In this document: piece by piece, positions 36,361-47,935 of the stretch | Layout of the letters: each line of letters opens with the position of its first letter | How positions within the stretch are numbered: the stretch's first letter is position 1 | Source of the DNA: Camelus dromedarius | Taxonomy: Eukaryota | Reading direction: 5' to 3' | NCBI RefSeq assembly: GCF_036321535.1 | Contig: NC_087436.1 | Span: 22,074,001-22,138,000 of the forward strand | DNA: 64,000 nucleotides | The notes under the pieces: model-generated | The model's input: only the letters and a program-made list of their open reading frames with translations | What the model was told of the DNA's origin: nothing | Databases searched by the model: none | Program-made: the position numbers and the translations under genes

Positions 36361-37949
36361 GAGAAGACAGAGAAACTGAGCCTGACGGTGCCCGTCTGTG
36401 GACAGCTGGGCCAGGGGCTGGGAGAAGCGACTTAATTGCCCAGATTTCCACTTTTGGACATAATCATGTATTTGGAACTACGCTTCAGACCCCCAGCTCT
36501 ACTGACTTTTTTTTTTTTTTTTTTTTGCCTTTTTAAAATTCCTCCCCTGATACTGGAGCTCCGTTTAAAAGCTTTATGATGAGAATTTTAGAAACAATAC
36601 CAAAGGAGAGATGAAAACATTGTTCCTTGAGCTATATTTGGAATATAAAAATTTTTTAAGAGGTCTCTTAAATTTTGATTATGATTAAAGTGACAGTAAA
36701 GATAAAATAACTATATTAAATTACCCTTTTACATTAGCTGTTTTCCCTCTGTGGGAATTTAAGTTTCAGAAATAGAGAGAACTATTTTCCCTGATTCTTT
36801 CTTTTACCAGGAGTCCAGTGACTGGGTAAATGATGACTGGGTGAATGAATGATGTGTTTTTCAACTTTGGGAGCACAAGGGGAGGGGTGGATGTAAGTTT
36901 TATTTATACTGAGATAAAGCAAACACATAAAAACCTGCTAGAAAGTAAATGTAAGGGCAAGTTCATCATTCAGTATTGCCACGTGAGACAATTACACGCT
37001 GTCTTTAAATTATGGGATTTTATTAATGCATTTTATGCCCTGTGTAGTCCCGATGTACAGTTATTTTTAGAATAAACAGGAGAATATTTATACCTAAATA
37101 AAACTTCCTCTGGCTTGACACGGTTTCATAATGTAATGCTATAATGCCATTATCTAAATTGATTTCTAAAGGATGGTAATGATTTCTAACGGGTGGTAAT
37201 GATTTCTGTAAGCTCTTACTAACTTTTGAGATTAAGCATGTGGCTACAGTTGTGATGGAAAAGACTGACTCCTGGGCATTGTTCTGGGCACCAGGGAAGC
37301 ACTCGTGGTGCAGCGGTGGGCGTACCACACAGCCCCTCTGTTCCGAACACTGGGCTGAGCTGGGAGATGGACAAGCCAAGGTCCTGCTTCCACAGGAGCG
37401 CCTGGTCCGGTGGGCAGGAGAGACGTCCGCTGGCTCGTGGTCGCAGACTCCACTTGCAGCTGTGCCTCATGGTGTGTCTGCAGAGCATGTCTGAAAATAG
37501 CCACTCCACCTGTCTCTCAAGGCTACATTCCAGTCCGGGACATCTGCTCCTTTTGTTGCTGAAAAGGCAATAACATTTATGGCATGTACAGTTTGTTTTA
37601 TTAATTCTAATACCATCCATACCTTCAAAATCAAAAAAGGTGAAGGGAAGAAGTAATTTGAAATTTTGGGGCACCATGAAATTTCTGAGGGATTAAGAAT
37701 TTTCTTCGAGTGAGGATAATGAGGGAGGGGTGGATGTAAGTTAAAAACGCTAATTACCAGTGAAAAAGTGAGACATTTCTTTAAAATACAAAATGCTAAA
37801 GTGAAATTCACTACAACAGTATACAGTCTGCCAGCTAAAAATTGTTTTGATTTCCCACATTTCAGTGAACAACAGTAGTTTATAAATATCTCTAGAAGGA
37901 GCATTTCTTCTATACCTAATAGAATAATTTGCTTAGAAGCTGGTGTCTC

Positions 37950-38210
37950 TGCCGTTCATTCGTTCATTTATTGTTGGTAATTATCACATACCTGGTGTGT
38001 GTTAGGCACTGGGGATTTATCAGAAAACAAAGCTCTTTGTAGAACTTCAAATCTCAATTTTTATTTTTTTTGGGGGGGTAACAAAATAAGCTGTTAAATA
38101 CATAATATTTACGTGATAATAGAAAAATACAACAGGATAAGGAGTAGAGACTAGCAGTGTTGGGGAGGGGTATTCTTTCATATGGGGATGTTCTAGTGTC
38201 TCTGAAAAGG
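37950..38210 (-). mobile_element. L2 3' end
   Basis: cattcgttcatttattg...tgtgttaggcactggggat. Confidence 0.6.
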
Positions 38211-39676
38211 GGGCTTGAGTGCTTTTGTTCAGCCGGGTGTCTCCTAGACTCTGTCTGCCCCTTGCTGAAAGCAGGCATTGTTCATACAGCTCCTGGACTT
38301 CTTTTTCTGTCTTGACTCACTTATTTCCTCACCTGTATCATCAGAACTTGTGTCCACAAATCCTCTGTTTTCACCTAACACTCTTCACCTAATAATTTAA
38401 TCTCACATTATTCTGAATTTGATGACTTGATGTCTAAACCAGCTCTTTGAGTTTCCAGTGAATTAATCGGGTTTATCATTACTGACATGCAGGCATCTCC
38501 AGCTTTGCAACCGACTTGTACGTCAAACGTTTTTGCCTTTAAGACTTTTGAACCAGTTCTTCTAAGATAGAGGTTTGAAAAGAGGGAGAAAGATTCTGAC
38601 CTGAAGCTTTTCTTCCCTTTGCTCAACGGATTGCTGTGTGTAGATGCAACGTTTTATGTATGGAGTAACTGCACGCTTTCCTCTGAAAGGACCCGGCTGA
38701 TCTCAGACTACTTGGGTGAAGCCTCAGTCTGTGCAAGCTGGCCACAGACCTATGAAGAGAGAGTGTTCTAGAAGCCCTGGTGCTGACTTGTAAAATATTA
38801 CATTGTGTTAGGCAGCAGTGGTGTAGGTATTAATGCAGGTTTGATATTTTCATGTTTACATCTTGACCTTGAAAGGAGAATGAGAAATCCTATCTATGGT
38901 ATACCATAATATTGTGGCTTTAAAATCACAAGTAGCCAGGAATATTAAAAAGAAATGAAAGATTTTTATCCTACAAAAGAAAACCAATTTAGAGTTTTAT
39001 TCTTGGTATTACGAGTCAGAGAGTGTAGAAGGTAGATATTCGTTGATAGTCAATACCCAGTGTGATGGGTTAAAAAAACAATTTTAGAAAATGTAACTGA
39101 ATAAATACCAGCCTTTTTTGTGTGTTGGAATGAAGATGTCCCCTGCTAGTATGGAAATAACAAAGGAAACAAATGCTTTTAAACATTGCTGTGAGGGGGG
39201 AGAAATTCAGCATTTCTATTTATAACTTGTACAGAGTCCCACATAAAAATAGCTCCAACTAACAGATTTGCTCATATCTGGAATACAAAGTTGTTGCTGC
39301 CCATGACTTGAGGAATTCTAATAAGAAGAACGGTGGCATGGGTAAATACTGAAAGTTTGTCATCTTTTCTGTGACCCCAGTTTTCATATGGGGAGAAAAT
39401 CTATGCCTGAAAGACTCCTGGATTCTATGTTGGGCTTTTTGTTACCTTCCAGGCTATGGGGCTCTGATTGTAACGAGAAGGATGCCTTTGCCTGCCTCAT
39501 CCTCACCCCATGAGCTGGATATATTATTGATGGTTGTATCTCTGTCAGTGAAATATTTGTCAGGCTGATAGATTTACCATTTCATTCTTCTAAAGACTAA
39601 TTTTGTTTGGTGTGACAGCAAAATATTAAGAACTTTAGAAGTTAATGAGAACCCATTCTTTCTCTCTGATTTCCAG

Positions 39677-39756
39677 CGAAGTTTCCTGGGCTATGCCAGT
39701 TTTAAAGTTGGGGAGCTACTGAAGTCGAAGGAGCAAGTGCTGGCTCTGAGCCTGAG
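39677..39756 (+). CDS. INPP4B: INPP4B internal coding exon (80 nt, phase 0/2), C2-domain region
   Basis: Acceptor ttctttctctctgatttccag and donor GAG|GTGAGT. Translates [26 protein letters not shown](R), matching recalled human [27 protein letters not shown], which directly follows the previous exon's peptide. Confidence 0.97.
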
Positions 39757-39989
39757 GTGAGTCTCATGCTGTTAAAGTTAACAGCCCGTGATGTTTACGG
39801 AAAGCTGGCTGGGTTCGAGAGTCACAATTCTCTCCAAGGCTTAGGTGTCAGCTCTCAGACTAGCTTACATTCTCCACTGCAGCAAGTTGCAGTAAAACAG
39901 CAGTTACTCAAGTTCACATTCAAGTTTGTGTTTCAGATTGTCAACGGATATCAGCTCTTGCAGGGAAAAAAATGACATTATTAACAAAT

Positions 39990-40226
39990 GAGTGGTGGCC
40001 AGGTGGGAGCAGGGGGATGGACTAAAACGGTGAAGGATATTAAGCGGTACAAACTACCAGTTATATAATAAGTAAGCCACAGGGATGTAATATACAGCAC
40101 AGGAGACATAGTCAGTAACATTATAACTTTCTATGGTGCACAATCTATAAAAATTTCAAATAACTATGTTGTACATCTGAAGCTAACATAATATTGCAAG
40201 TAACTACACTTTGCTAAAAAATTAAA
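39990..40226 (+). mobile_element. L1 3' end (L1MA/Laurasiatherian type)
   Basis: ggtacaaactaccagttatataataagtaagccacagggatgtaatatacagcacagg...tgttgtacatctgaagctaacataatattg. Confidence 0.8.
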
Positions 40227-42804
40227 GTGATGAAGCTCCTTGAAAGTAAGAAAGTAAATAGAAATTATGGGCATGTAATTAAATAGCATTTCTGTTACTT
40301 ATCAGAATGTTACTTTTTAAATCAAGTGAGTTTCTGGGTTTGAAGTATGTTTACTAGAGGCAACATTGCAGATTTATAATAAAGGGTAAGTTGATTGTCG
40401 TTTTTTAAGCTTATTTTGTTGCTATGCTATTAAGTTTAAAGCAAAGTTGAAACAGACTTATATTGCAACAGACAACAGATCAGAGATGGTTTTGAGTGTT
40501 AGTACAATTTGTTTTTATCCAGAGGATGACACACCAATCTCTAGGAAGTTGCATGGTGTTTTGACACTAAGAAGAATATTAAGTAAAATAATAATTTCTT
40601 TTTAATTTCATTGTAAGTTTGAAAGAATTAGCATGTTATTTTCTAAGTGTATAATAACTTTAAAATTCGGTGTACGTGGAGAACACTGCTGTACAGTATT
40701 TATGTAGTACATATGAGCATAAAATCGTATAGAACAGTTCTTGAACATTTTAAGATGCTCTTCTTTTGATAAAACATAGGGACAACTCTCAGGGAACAGA
40801 CGACATGTCTCGAGTTTGTTTGCCCTCTGCCCCAGCCCCCAAGGACCCACTTGTACTCAGTTTATTTCGGTATAGATGCCAAGGCTTATACTGGCATGTG
40901 TACTGCTGGCTGTGTTCTTTGCTGATTTTCCTGATCCTTACAGTTTTGCATTTTAACTTAAGAGATGGTATAAAATAATTTCAAGTAATTCATATTCACG
41001 CAGAAAAGTAAGTGCTGATCGATTCTAATGAGGCTTTTTCTTTTCATCTTTTCTTTTCATCTTCTTTTTGGCTTCCTTTTGGCTGTGTCTCTTAAACATG
41101 TTATTTTTTTTCTTGTATTTTATTTGGGAAGACACTTAAAAATCTTTATAGTTTTGTGGTGTTATTTCCAATAAAGTTTTGCTGTGGTTATTTTCAGTTT
41201 GAAGTGTGTAAGGGCCAGCTAAAATGCCTGTTCATCACTGTCACTGACATCCTGGAAGGTATCTATTACCCACCCAGCCTGGCGGTTAGACCCAAGTGCC
41301 CCTGGATGCCTGATAGGAGATGTCAGACATCGAGCTTGCTGAGAACCCCCAGTAGCCCCATGTTTTCTGTGTGCGATGCGTGGCACTTTATTTCTCACCT
41401 TGCTGGTCACAAACTGTGGAATCGATTGCATCAGAACTGTCGTTAACATCGGCGGCATAGATCCACAACATTTAGACACTAGCTTTGAAACAGAAATCAG
41501 GGGCCCAGAAATTCTTAGTGAACTGAAAATCAGTGAACACACACAATACCTCAGAGAGAGGCTAGGAACAGAAGGATCTAGTTTAGAGTACCACATTTAG
41601 AAGGAAAAAGGAATATAATAATCTCAGATTTAGAGGAAATTGAGGCACATTGCCACTTTTGATTTTAATACTTCTGCTTCTGATGTATTTAAGTTTGATG
41701 TATAAAAGGAAAACAAATTCAACAACAGAATTGCGTTTTCTAGAAAAAAGAAAAAAATAATTTTTGAAAACCAATTTTGAAATGGCTAGGTTATTATTTT
41801 TTTCCCTTTTTGTGTTTTGCTAAATCTGTGGATTTCTCTTCCTATGAACCAAATGCATTATAGACTTATCATAACCTTTTGACTTCTGGCGCTTTATGTT
41901 TTTACATGTGCTGTAATTTATCTTCTTTCCACTGACTTGTTGGCCTCTGAGATACTGAGCTGGAGGAACATTAGGTCAGGGATAAGAAGCATTTTTTTGG
42001 TTGTTAGTTTAGTTTTGTTTTTCATATTCCTTTGCACTGAAAATATCTAACTTGTATTGCTTTTACATTCTAGTCATTATTTTTAAAGAGAGAATTTTCA
42101 GATTTCTGTAAAACAAATTCGCAGGAATAAGAGTCTTTTGTTGGCACCATTCTTTCTTGGTGAGCTTCCCAAAATCCATATAGTTTTGTTTGTGTTCACT
42201 GTCCTTTTGAGTTGCCTTTTATCAGCCAATTCAGATTTCAAACTCTCAGACTACTGCCATGAAACACCGTAGTTTAATCTGGCCACTGTGTCATATGTGA
42301 ACTAGAATTTTTGAATTTTGCACTGAATTTTTTTTTTTCCATAGAAAACTTAAAAGGGCAAGAAGTGTGTATCTTATTTATAGATTTAGACTCAAATTTC
42401 ATGAAATGTGATATGATGCATTTTTGAATTACACAGTAAAATTTATTTGCATATCTTGGGGAGAATGCCTCCAGTACAGTAAGTGCTTTCTACTCATGTA
42501 ACTAATCCTCGTTTGGAGGCACAGTCACTGCATCTCTGTGTGGGTGTTCCGGTACCCGAACCGGACTTGGTGTCTTGGTAACCCTTTTACCTGTATATTA
42601 CATCTACTTTGTTTTGCTGGTTTACGTGTGGTAGTTCCCATCTACTCTGACTTCTTTTAGATCTGGAACCATGCTTTCTGGTTTTGTTCTGTAGTTCATT
42701 GCCATATAGTCCTGCCTTCCACACTGTAGTGTAAACCAGCTGAGGTTCTTGCATGGAGGATTACAATTGTAGGCATGAAAGACACTGAGTAACCTCAAAA
42801 TAAC

Positions 42805-43050
42805 AATGATAATAAGAAGAGGAAGCTACTATGAGATACTATGTGCCTTATGCTCTGATAAGTATATCAGAGATGCTGTTTCATTGACCCTTATCTAATT
42901 AGCCTATGATGTTATTAATTTTTGTCATTTTATAAACTAAGAAGCTGAGGTCTAGAAAAGCAGGTAAGTAATTTGCACAAAACTACAATGCTCTTAAGCC
43001 CCAAAGCCAAGGTGTGAAGCCCCACATTTTTGACTACAAAGCTTATGCTC
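42805..43050 (-). mobile_element. MIR SINE
   Basis: cattttataaactaagaagctgaggtctag...gtaagtaatttgcacaa. Confidence 0.65.
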
Positions 43051-43203
43051 TTTTTTTTTATTAAGTTATTTTGTGTGTATGACTAGCTTTTGTTTTTCTG
43101 TTTCATTTCGTTTTTTTCATTTTTTAAATGGAGGTACAGGGGATTGACCCCAGGACCTTGTGCATGCTAATAAGCACGTGCTCTACCTCTGCTCTACCCA
43201 GCC
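43050..43203 (-). mobile_element. Camelid Vic-1-like tRNA-derived SINE
   Basis: Reverse complement reads ...ggtagagcacgtgcttattagcatgcacaaggtcctggggtcaatcccctgtacctccatttaaaaa, with tRNA-like A/B boxes and an A-rich tail. It resembles the recalled Vic-1 consensus and sits within or next to a MIR. Confidence 0.8.
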
Positions 43204-45146
43204 TTCTAAGCCTGGACTCTTAATGACCCACTTCTTGTCTCCTTTGACAAAGGAGAAAACTGAGATCGAGTTAAAGCAGGTCACACATCACGTGACTGTA
43301 ACAGCAGAACAAAGCAAGGACTCAGGTCCAGGACCACTTGTTCAAGGTGTCTCCCACATCTGTTTCACCGCAGTGCCTCCTTTTACGTAAATGAAGACCT
43401 AATGAGTGTTAACAGGTCCTGGAGAACTCAGAAATGTGAGCTGTGATGGCAGAAACTGAGACGTGGCCTGCTCTGTTCAGGGGCAAGGGAGACTGAGCTC
43501 AGGAAACCTGTGGAATCTATCCTCATCCCAGAACCATGGGCCTGAACCTGGTTTTCTGCCCACACACCTAACAGCTATTTGCTCTACCAACCTGATCTGA
43601 GTCTCTTGAAACCATGACAAGCAGAAATTTGGAACATCATAGTCTTATGATTTAACAACAGAATGGAGAAACGGGGAAAATTACGTTGTTAGTAAAGTAA
43701 TCTAACAATCACAAAGGTAGAAAGAATGGCCAGGGGATAAAAATTCTTTCTTGGGAAATCCTTCTCAGAAGAACTGGGGCAGATGGAAGTGTTCTGACCC
43801 TGTCTGAGAGCTGGTGCCTCACAGTTCAACTTCCATTTGGCGCTTGTTCAGTCAGCAAGTATCTATCGTGAATTTTTCATGCGCTAACTGCAGGAGAGGC
43901 TCTTTACAAAACTTTTAAAATAGCAGCAGAGTTCATATTTTGCAGTTGGTATTGCTAATAACACTGTTAATGAAAAAAATCTCATGATTTGTTGAGCATT
44001 TACTAGCATGCAAGGCACATGCTGGGTGTTTCTCTCGCACTATCTTATTTAATCCACACGGCGTTATCATCTCCGTTTTATAGCCACTTCCGCAACTGCC
44101 AATTGTACAGGCAGGGTTAGAATTTGTTTTGGTCTGAGCTTGTTCTGCTTCTTTTTTCCTGCCTCATAGAAAGTTAATGATCTAATAGAAGCTTTGCTTT
44201 CTTCTCTTATTCTGTCTTTTGGAGAGTTTTAGAGACCTCAATTAATTTTTCTTAATGCTTTAATTTTAAAATTCAATTTTATATGCATGTGACATAGTGG
44301 AGGTTCAATAAATCTTTGTTGGGATTTGGTTCATGATGATGACTTTTTAAAATATTTGTATGGGTGCTCAATAGAAAAACCTGGTACCATTTATTTCCAA
44401 GTGGAATCCACCTAAATTAGTGACTATAATGCAGTCTAAGCATTAAAGTCTATCTGAGACAAGGAACTTTCAGAGTCTTAGTGAGTGATAGATTGTAAGT
44501 TGCTTGAAAAGCTGAAAACCTTACATAGAATTCACATGTATTTCCGTGTAGACCGCATTACCTTGTCACAGAAACTTTCAGCTCATCTTAATGTCTGCTT
44601 TATTATTTCTTTTGTAATCTTCTACATGTAACCCCCTCCCAAATTAAGCAGACATTTATGTAATTTTATCAGATTGGATGTGACAAATTGTTTTTGAATG
44701 CAGATGTGGAAGAACGTATCCATAAAAAGAGAATGTATGTTTCCTTTTCATTTGTTACTTCTGCTACGCTTAGCACAGAGCTGTCATGTAACACACAACA
44801 TGAGACTTCTGTGAGCCTAGATAGACAGGTAGTGCTACGGTTTAGAATATACACCTGTATGGAGGAGCTATGAAAGAAGGTAACAGTGAACTTCTACTGT
44901 TTGTTTTTAAATTTTCCCTATTTCACATGACATTTATATGTGCATATATCCATGCAAATATCTCATAGATTGTGTGGATGGATATGTGTTTGTGCATCTA
45001 TATTATTTTAGGACGACTTTGCTTTCTCACAAACCGTGACTACTTGTTTTCCATTGTTGTCAAATGCATGTGCTTGGGGAAGGTAATATCCAAGTATGAA
45101 GTCTTTTTTTTTTTTTTTGGTATTTTGCTTAATTTAACCTCCTTAA

Positions 45147-45179
<33 letters not shown>
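45147..45179. repeat. (CA)n microsatellite
   Basis: Directly visible. Confidence 0.95.
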
Positions 45180-46784
45180 GACTTCAATTTTGTTACTAAA
45201 ATTAAAAGAACAACAACAACAAAAATCACATGTTTTAACTTAATCTCCCAAAGGCATGTTCTTAAGAGCTGGAAGCAGTGTTAAGGAGAAAGCATACTCA
45301 GAGTGATAGAAAGATGAACTTGTCACTAGCAACTCACAGATCGGGAGCTGAGCATGTTCTGTAAGCCATAGGGCAGTGGATCAGAATAAGTTTGTTCCTG
45401 AAATGCGTGAATGCTTCAGAACCCCCAGGGTACCCTGAGATCAACCTTGGCCATAGATTGACAATAGAGTTTTAAATGATAAATTTATTTTTTATTTCAA
45501 ATGGAATTAAATATTCCTTTTTAATTTCATTACTCTTCTCTACATGCAAAGAATGGTTATGCAAATCTTCTTACTTTAAGCATCAGATACAGTCTTTAAA
45601 ACTGCATGTGTGATGAGTACTTCTGTAACATCTTTTCTTATCAGCATTTACTTGAACTTCAGAGATGATTTAAAAAATCACATCCAGGCATCTTTAGAGT
45701 GATGTATCTTTTGAATATGTTTTGTTCTCTTACAAGTCACTTCCAATTAGTTTTTCTAGGTACCAGAAAGTAGAATTACAGCAAAAAGTTCTGATGGGTC
45801 CCAACACGAAGTCTTATTTGTGTCAAAAACATTTTGTACGCTAAAGAAGGGCAGTAGGCATTGCTTAGTGGTCAAAAAGCTTGCTTTGAGAGACAGTGGC
45901 ATATCAATGATTTGTTATAAAGCAAAATAGCATTAAACTTTATTAAATGCACTAATGGGAAAGTTAGAGGATGGGAAGGCATGTAAAAGCTAACTTAAGT
46001 GATGCTTTTGCCTAGAATCTTCTAAAAGTGCCCATCCTAAACCCTGAAAGCAATGCCCAAGACCGCTGCCTTTCCCCCGCTTTGGGAGAGAAGGACAGGA
46101 AAGCATGCACCTCAGTAGCAAACGCGCACTCATGCTCGATCCAGACGCACGCACATGGGGAGAGCCTCGTCTCCTTGGAATGCTTTTCCCACTCTGCTTT
46201 TGGCCGGATTCAAATGAAGACAGGAAGCCCCTCCAGGACAGCTCCTCTGATTCTGACACTGACTTGGACCTTGTAAACATGTCGGAAGAGGTAACTAACA
46301 CTACTGAGGTTTATGATGGTTAAACGGTTCAAATGTCTCATCTTCTTGCATATTCTCATAACCCTGCCTGGAAAGTTGGTAGTATTCCTGTTTTACCAAT
46401 AATAAAAATGAGGGACAGTATGACTTCCTAAATTCCCACAGCTGGGGCAGGATGGAAATTGGGAGAGAAGAAGGGTCCATGATAAGGTATATTTTATTTA
46501 GAATCTTAGAATTAAATAATTTTGAAGACTGGAAGAGATCTTGGCACATCAACTTCTTGGAGCCCCTTACTGACCCGGAACTCAAATTCAAGAGAATTTT
46601 TTAGACAGATCAATGTTAGAAAAATGTTCCTATTTTATCGCAGATTTCATCTCCTTGCCGTGTTCCTGGCTCTCCTTCATGGAGTTAAGTAGAATAAGTC
46701 TCATGACTTTCTCTATAATCACCTTTGAAAACAGCTTTTTTTGCCCAACTTTGAATCTTCTCTCCTTTTTTTCTCAGAAAGGAA

Positions 46785-46960
46785 TGTGATGTAGTGCAAA
46801 GTGCAGCAGACTTTCCTACCAGACTTGGGTTCAAGTCCCAGCCCTGTCACCCCAGGCACGTTGTCTGTTCTCTAACATCTGTTAAGGGAAGTAGTAACAG
46901 CCTCCCTCCCGGGGTGATTCTGGGCAGTTAATACATGCAGTGAGGTTCCATGCATTAGAG
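46785..46960 (+). mobile_element. MIR SINE
   Basis: cagacttgggttcaagtcccagccctgtcac. Confidence 0.6.
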
Positions 46961-47704
46961 AAAAACACTAATAAAGATTGTTTTCGTTGCTTCTTGCATT
47001 AAACTTACTGATTCCTTCAACCATACCTTAATGCTTTGCTTAGTTTGCTGACTTAGTTTGTTGAAATTCTTTCTTAAAATATGACATCCACAATTCTTCA
47101 GATTGGTCAGTGACAGAGGGGTTGATTTAACCTTTGATCTGGGACATAACATTTCTTTTATCTGAGGAATTCATGCTCCCTTGAAACCTAAGTTCTGGTT
47201 TTACTCAGGCTACATCAGATTTGCATTCTTATCAGGTGGCAGATACCAGCAAGGGGCATGTGGAAAGGATTTGTGTGGTTCAAACAGGCAGCATTCCAGT
47301 AGAGTTGGGGGCAAATATAAAATTTGTTTTGACTTGAAATTTTAACAACATAGCATTGAAATTAGGACAGAAATTCATAAAAGTAACACAGAGTAGCAAT
47401 TGCTTTTAGAGTTTACTGATGCATTTTATTGCTGAATCTATCAAAGTGTCTACAGAAATAAATTCGAGTGAAGTTTCTCAGGGCTGGACTGTGAGAAGGA
47501 AGAGAGACATCAAAAACAGAAGCGGGGGCATTTGCTTCTGAAACTGATTCCGCTCTTCTACGTAACTGTGTTAATGTCATTTAGGAACAAGACTGCCTAA
47601 AATTGTCAGAAAGCTATACCGTGAGTCACTTGATAATAACTGTTAAATGATATCAGTTTATGATAAAATCAGAGAAAGCAAAGTATGCAGAAATCATGGG
47701 ATTA

Positions 47705-47935
47705 AGACAGTAGAGGAGTAGAAAGAGTATGAGATTTAGAGACATGGCTGAGCTCAAAGCCTGGCCTTTCTATTGCCTCGCAGGATGGCTGGTTACTCTG
47801 AGACTCCAGCTTCTTATCTGTGAAATGGGGGTGACAGTGGAGCCATCTTACAGCCTTGGCACATGAGTCACTAATGTGAGATGTTTATAACAGTTCCTGA
47901 CACATAGTAAGTGCTCCGTGAACGTTAGCTGTAGT
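47705..47935 (+). mobile_element. MIR SINE
   Basis: ctctgagactccagcttcttatctgtgaaatgggggtgacagt...cacatagtaagtgctc. Confidence 0.75.

Noticed and set aside
37023..37904. Cluster of 118-152-aa minus-strand ORFs
   Set aside because: No recognisable domain or exon structure; consistent with chance.
43120..43203. tRNA-like sequence
   Set aside because: The acceptor stem is degenerate and it has an A-rich tail, so it is a SINE rather than a tRNA gene.
47246..47259. CTCF-like motif ccagcaaggggcat
   Set aside because: A single motif match without supporting context; cannot be distinguished from chance.
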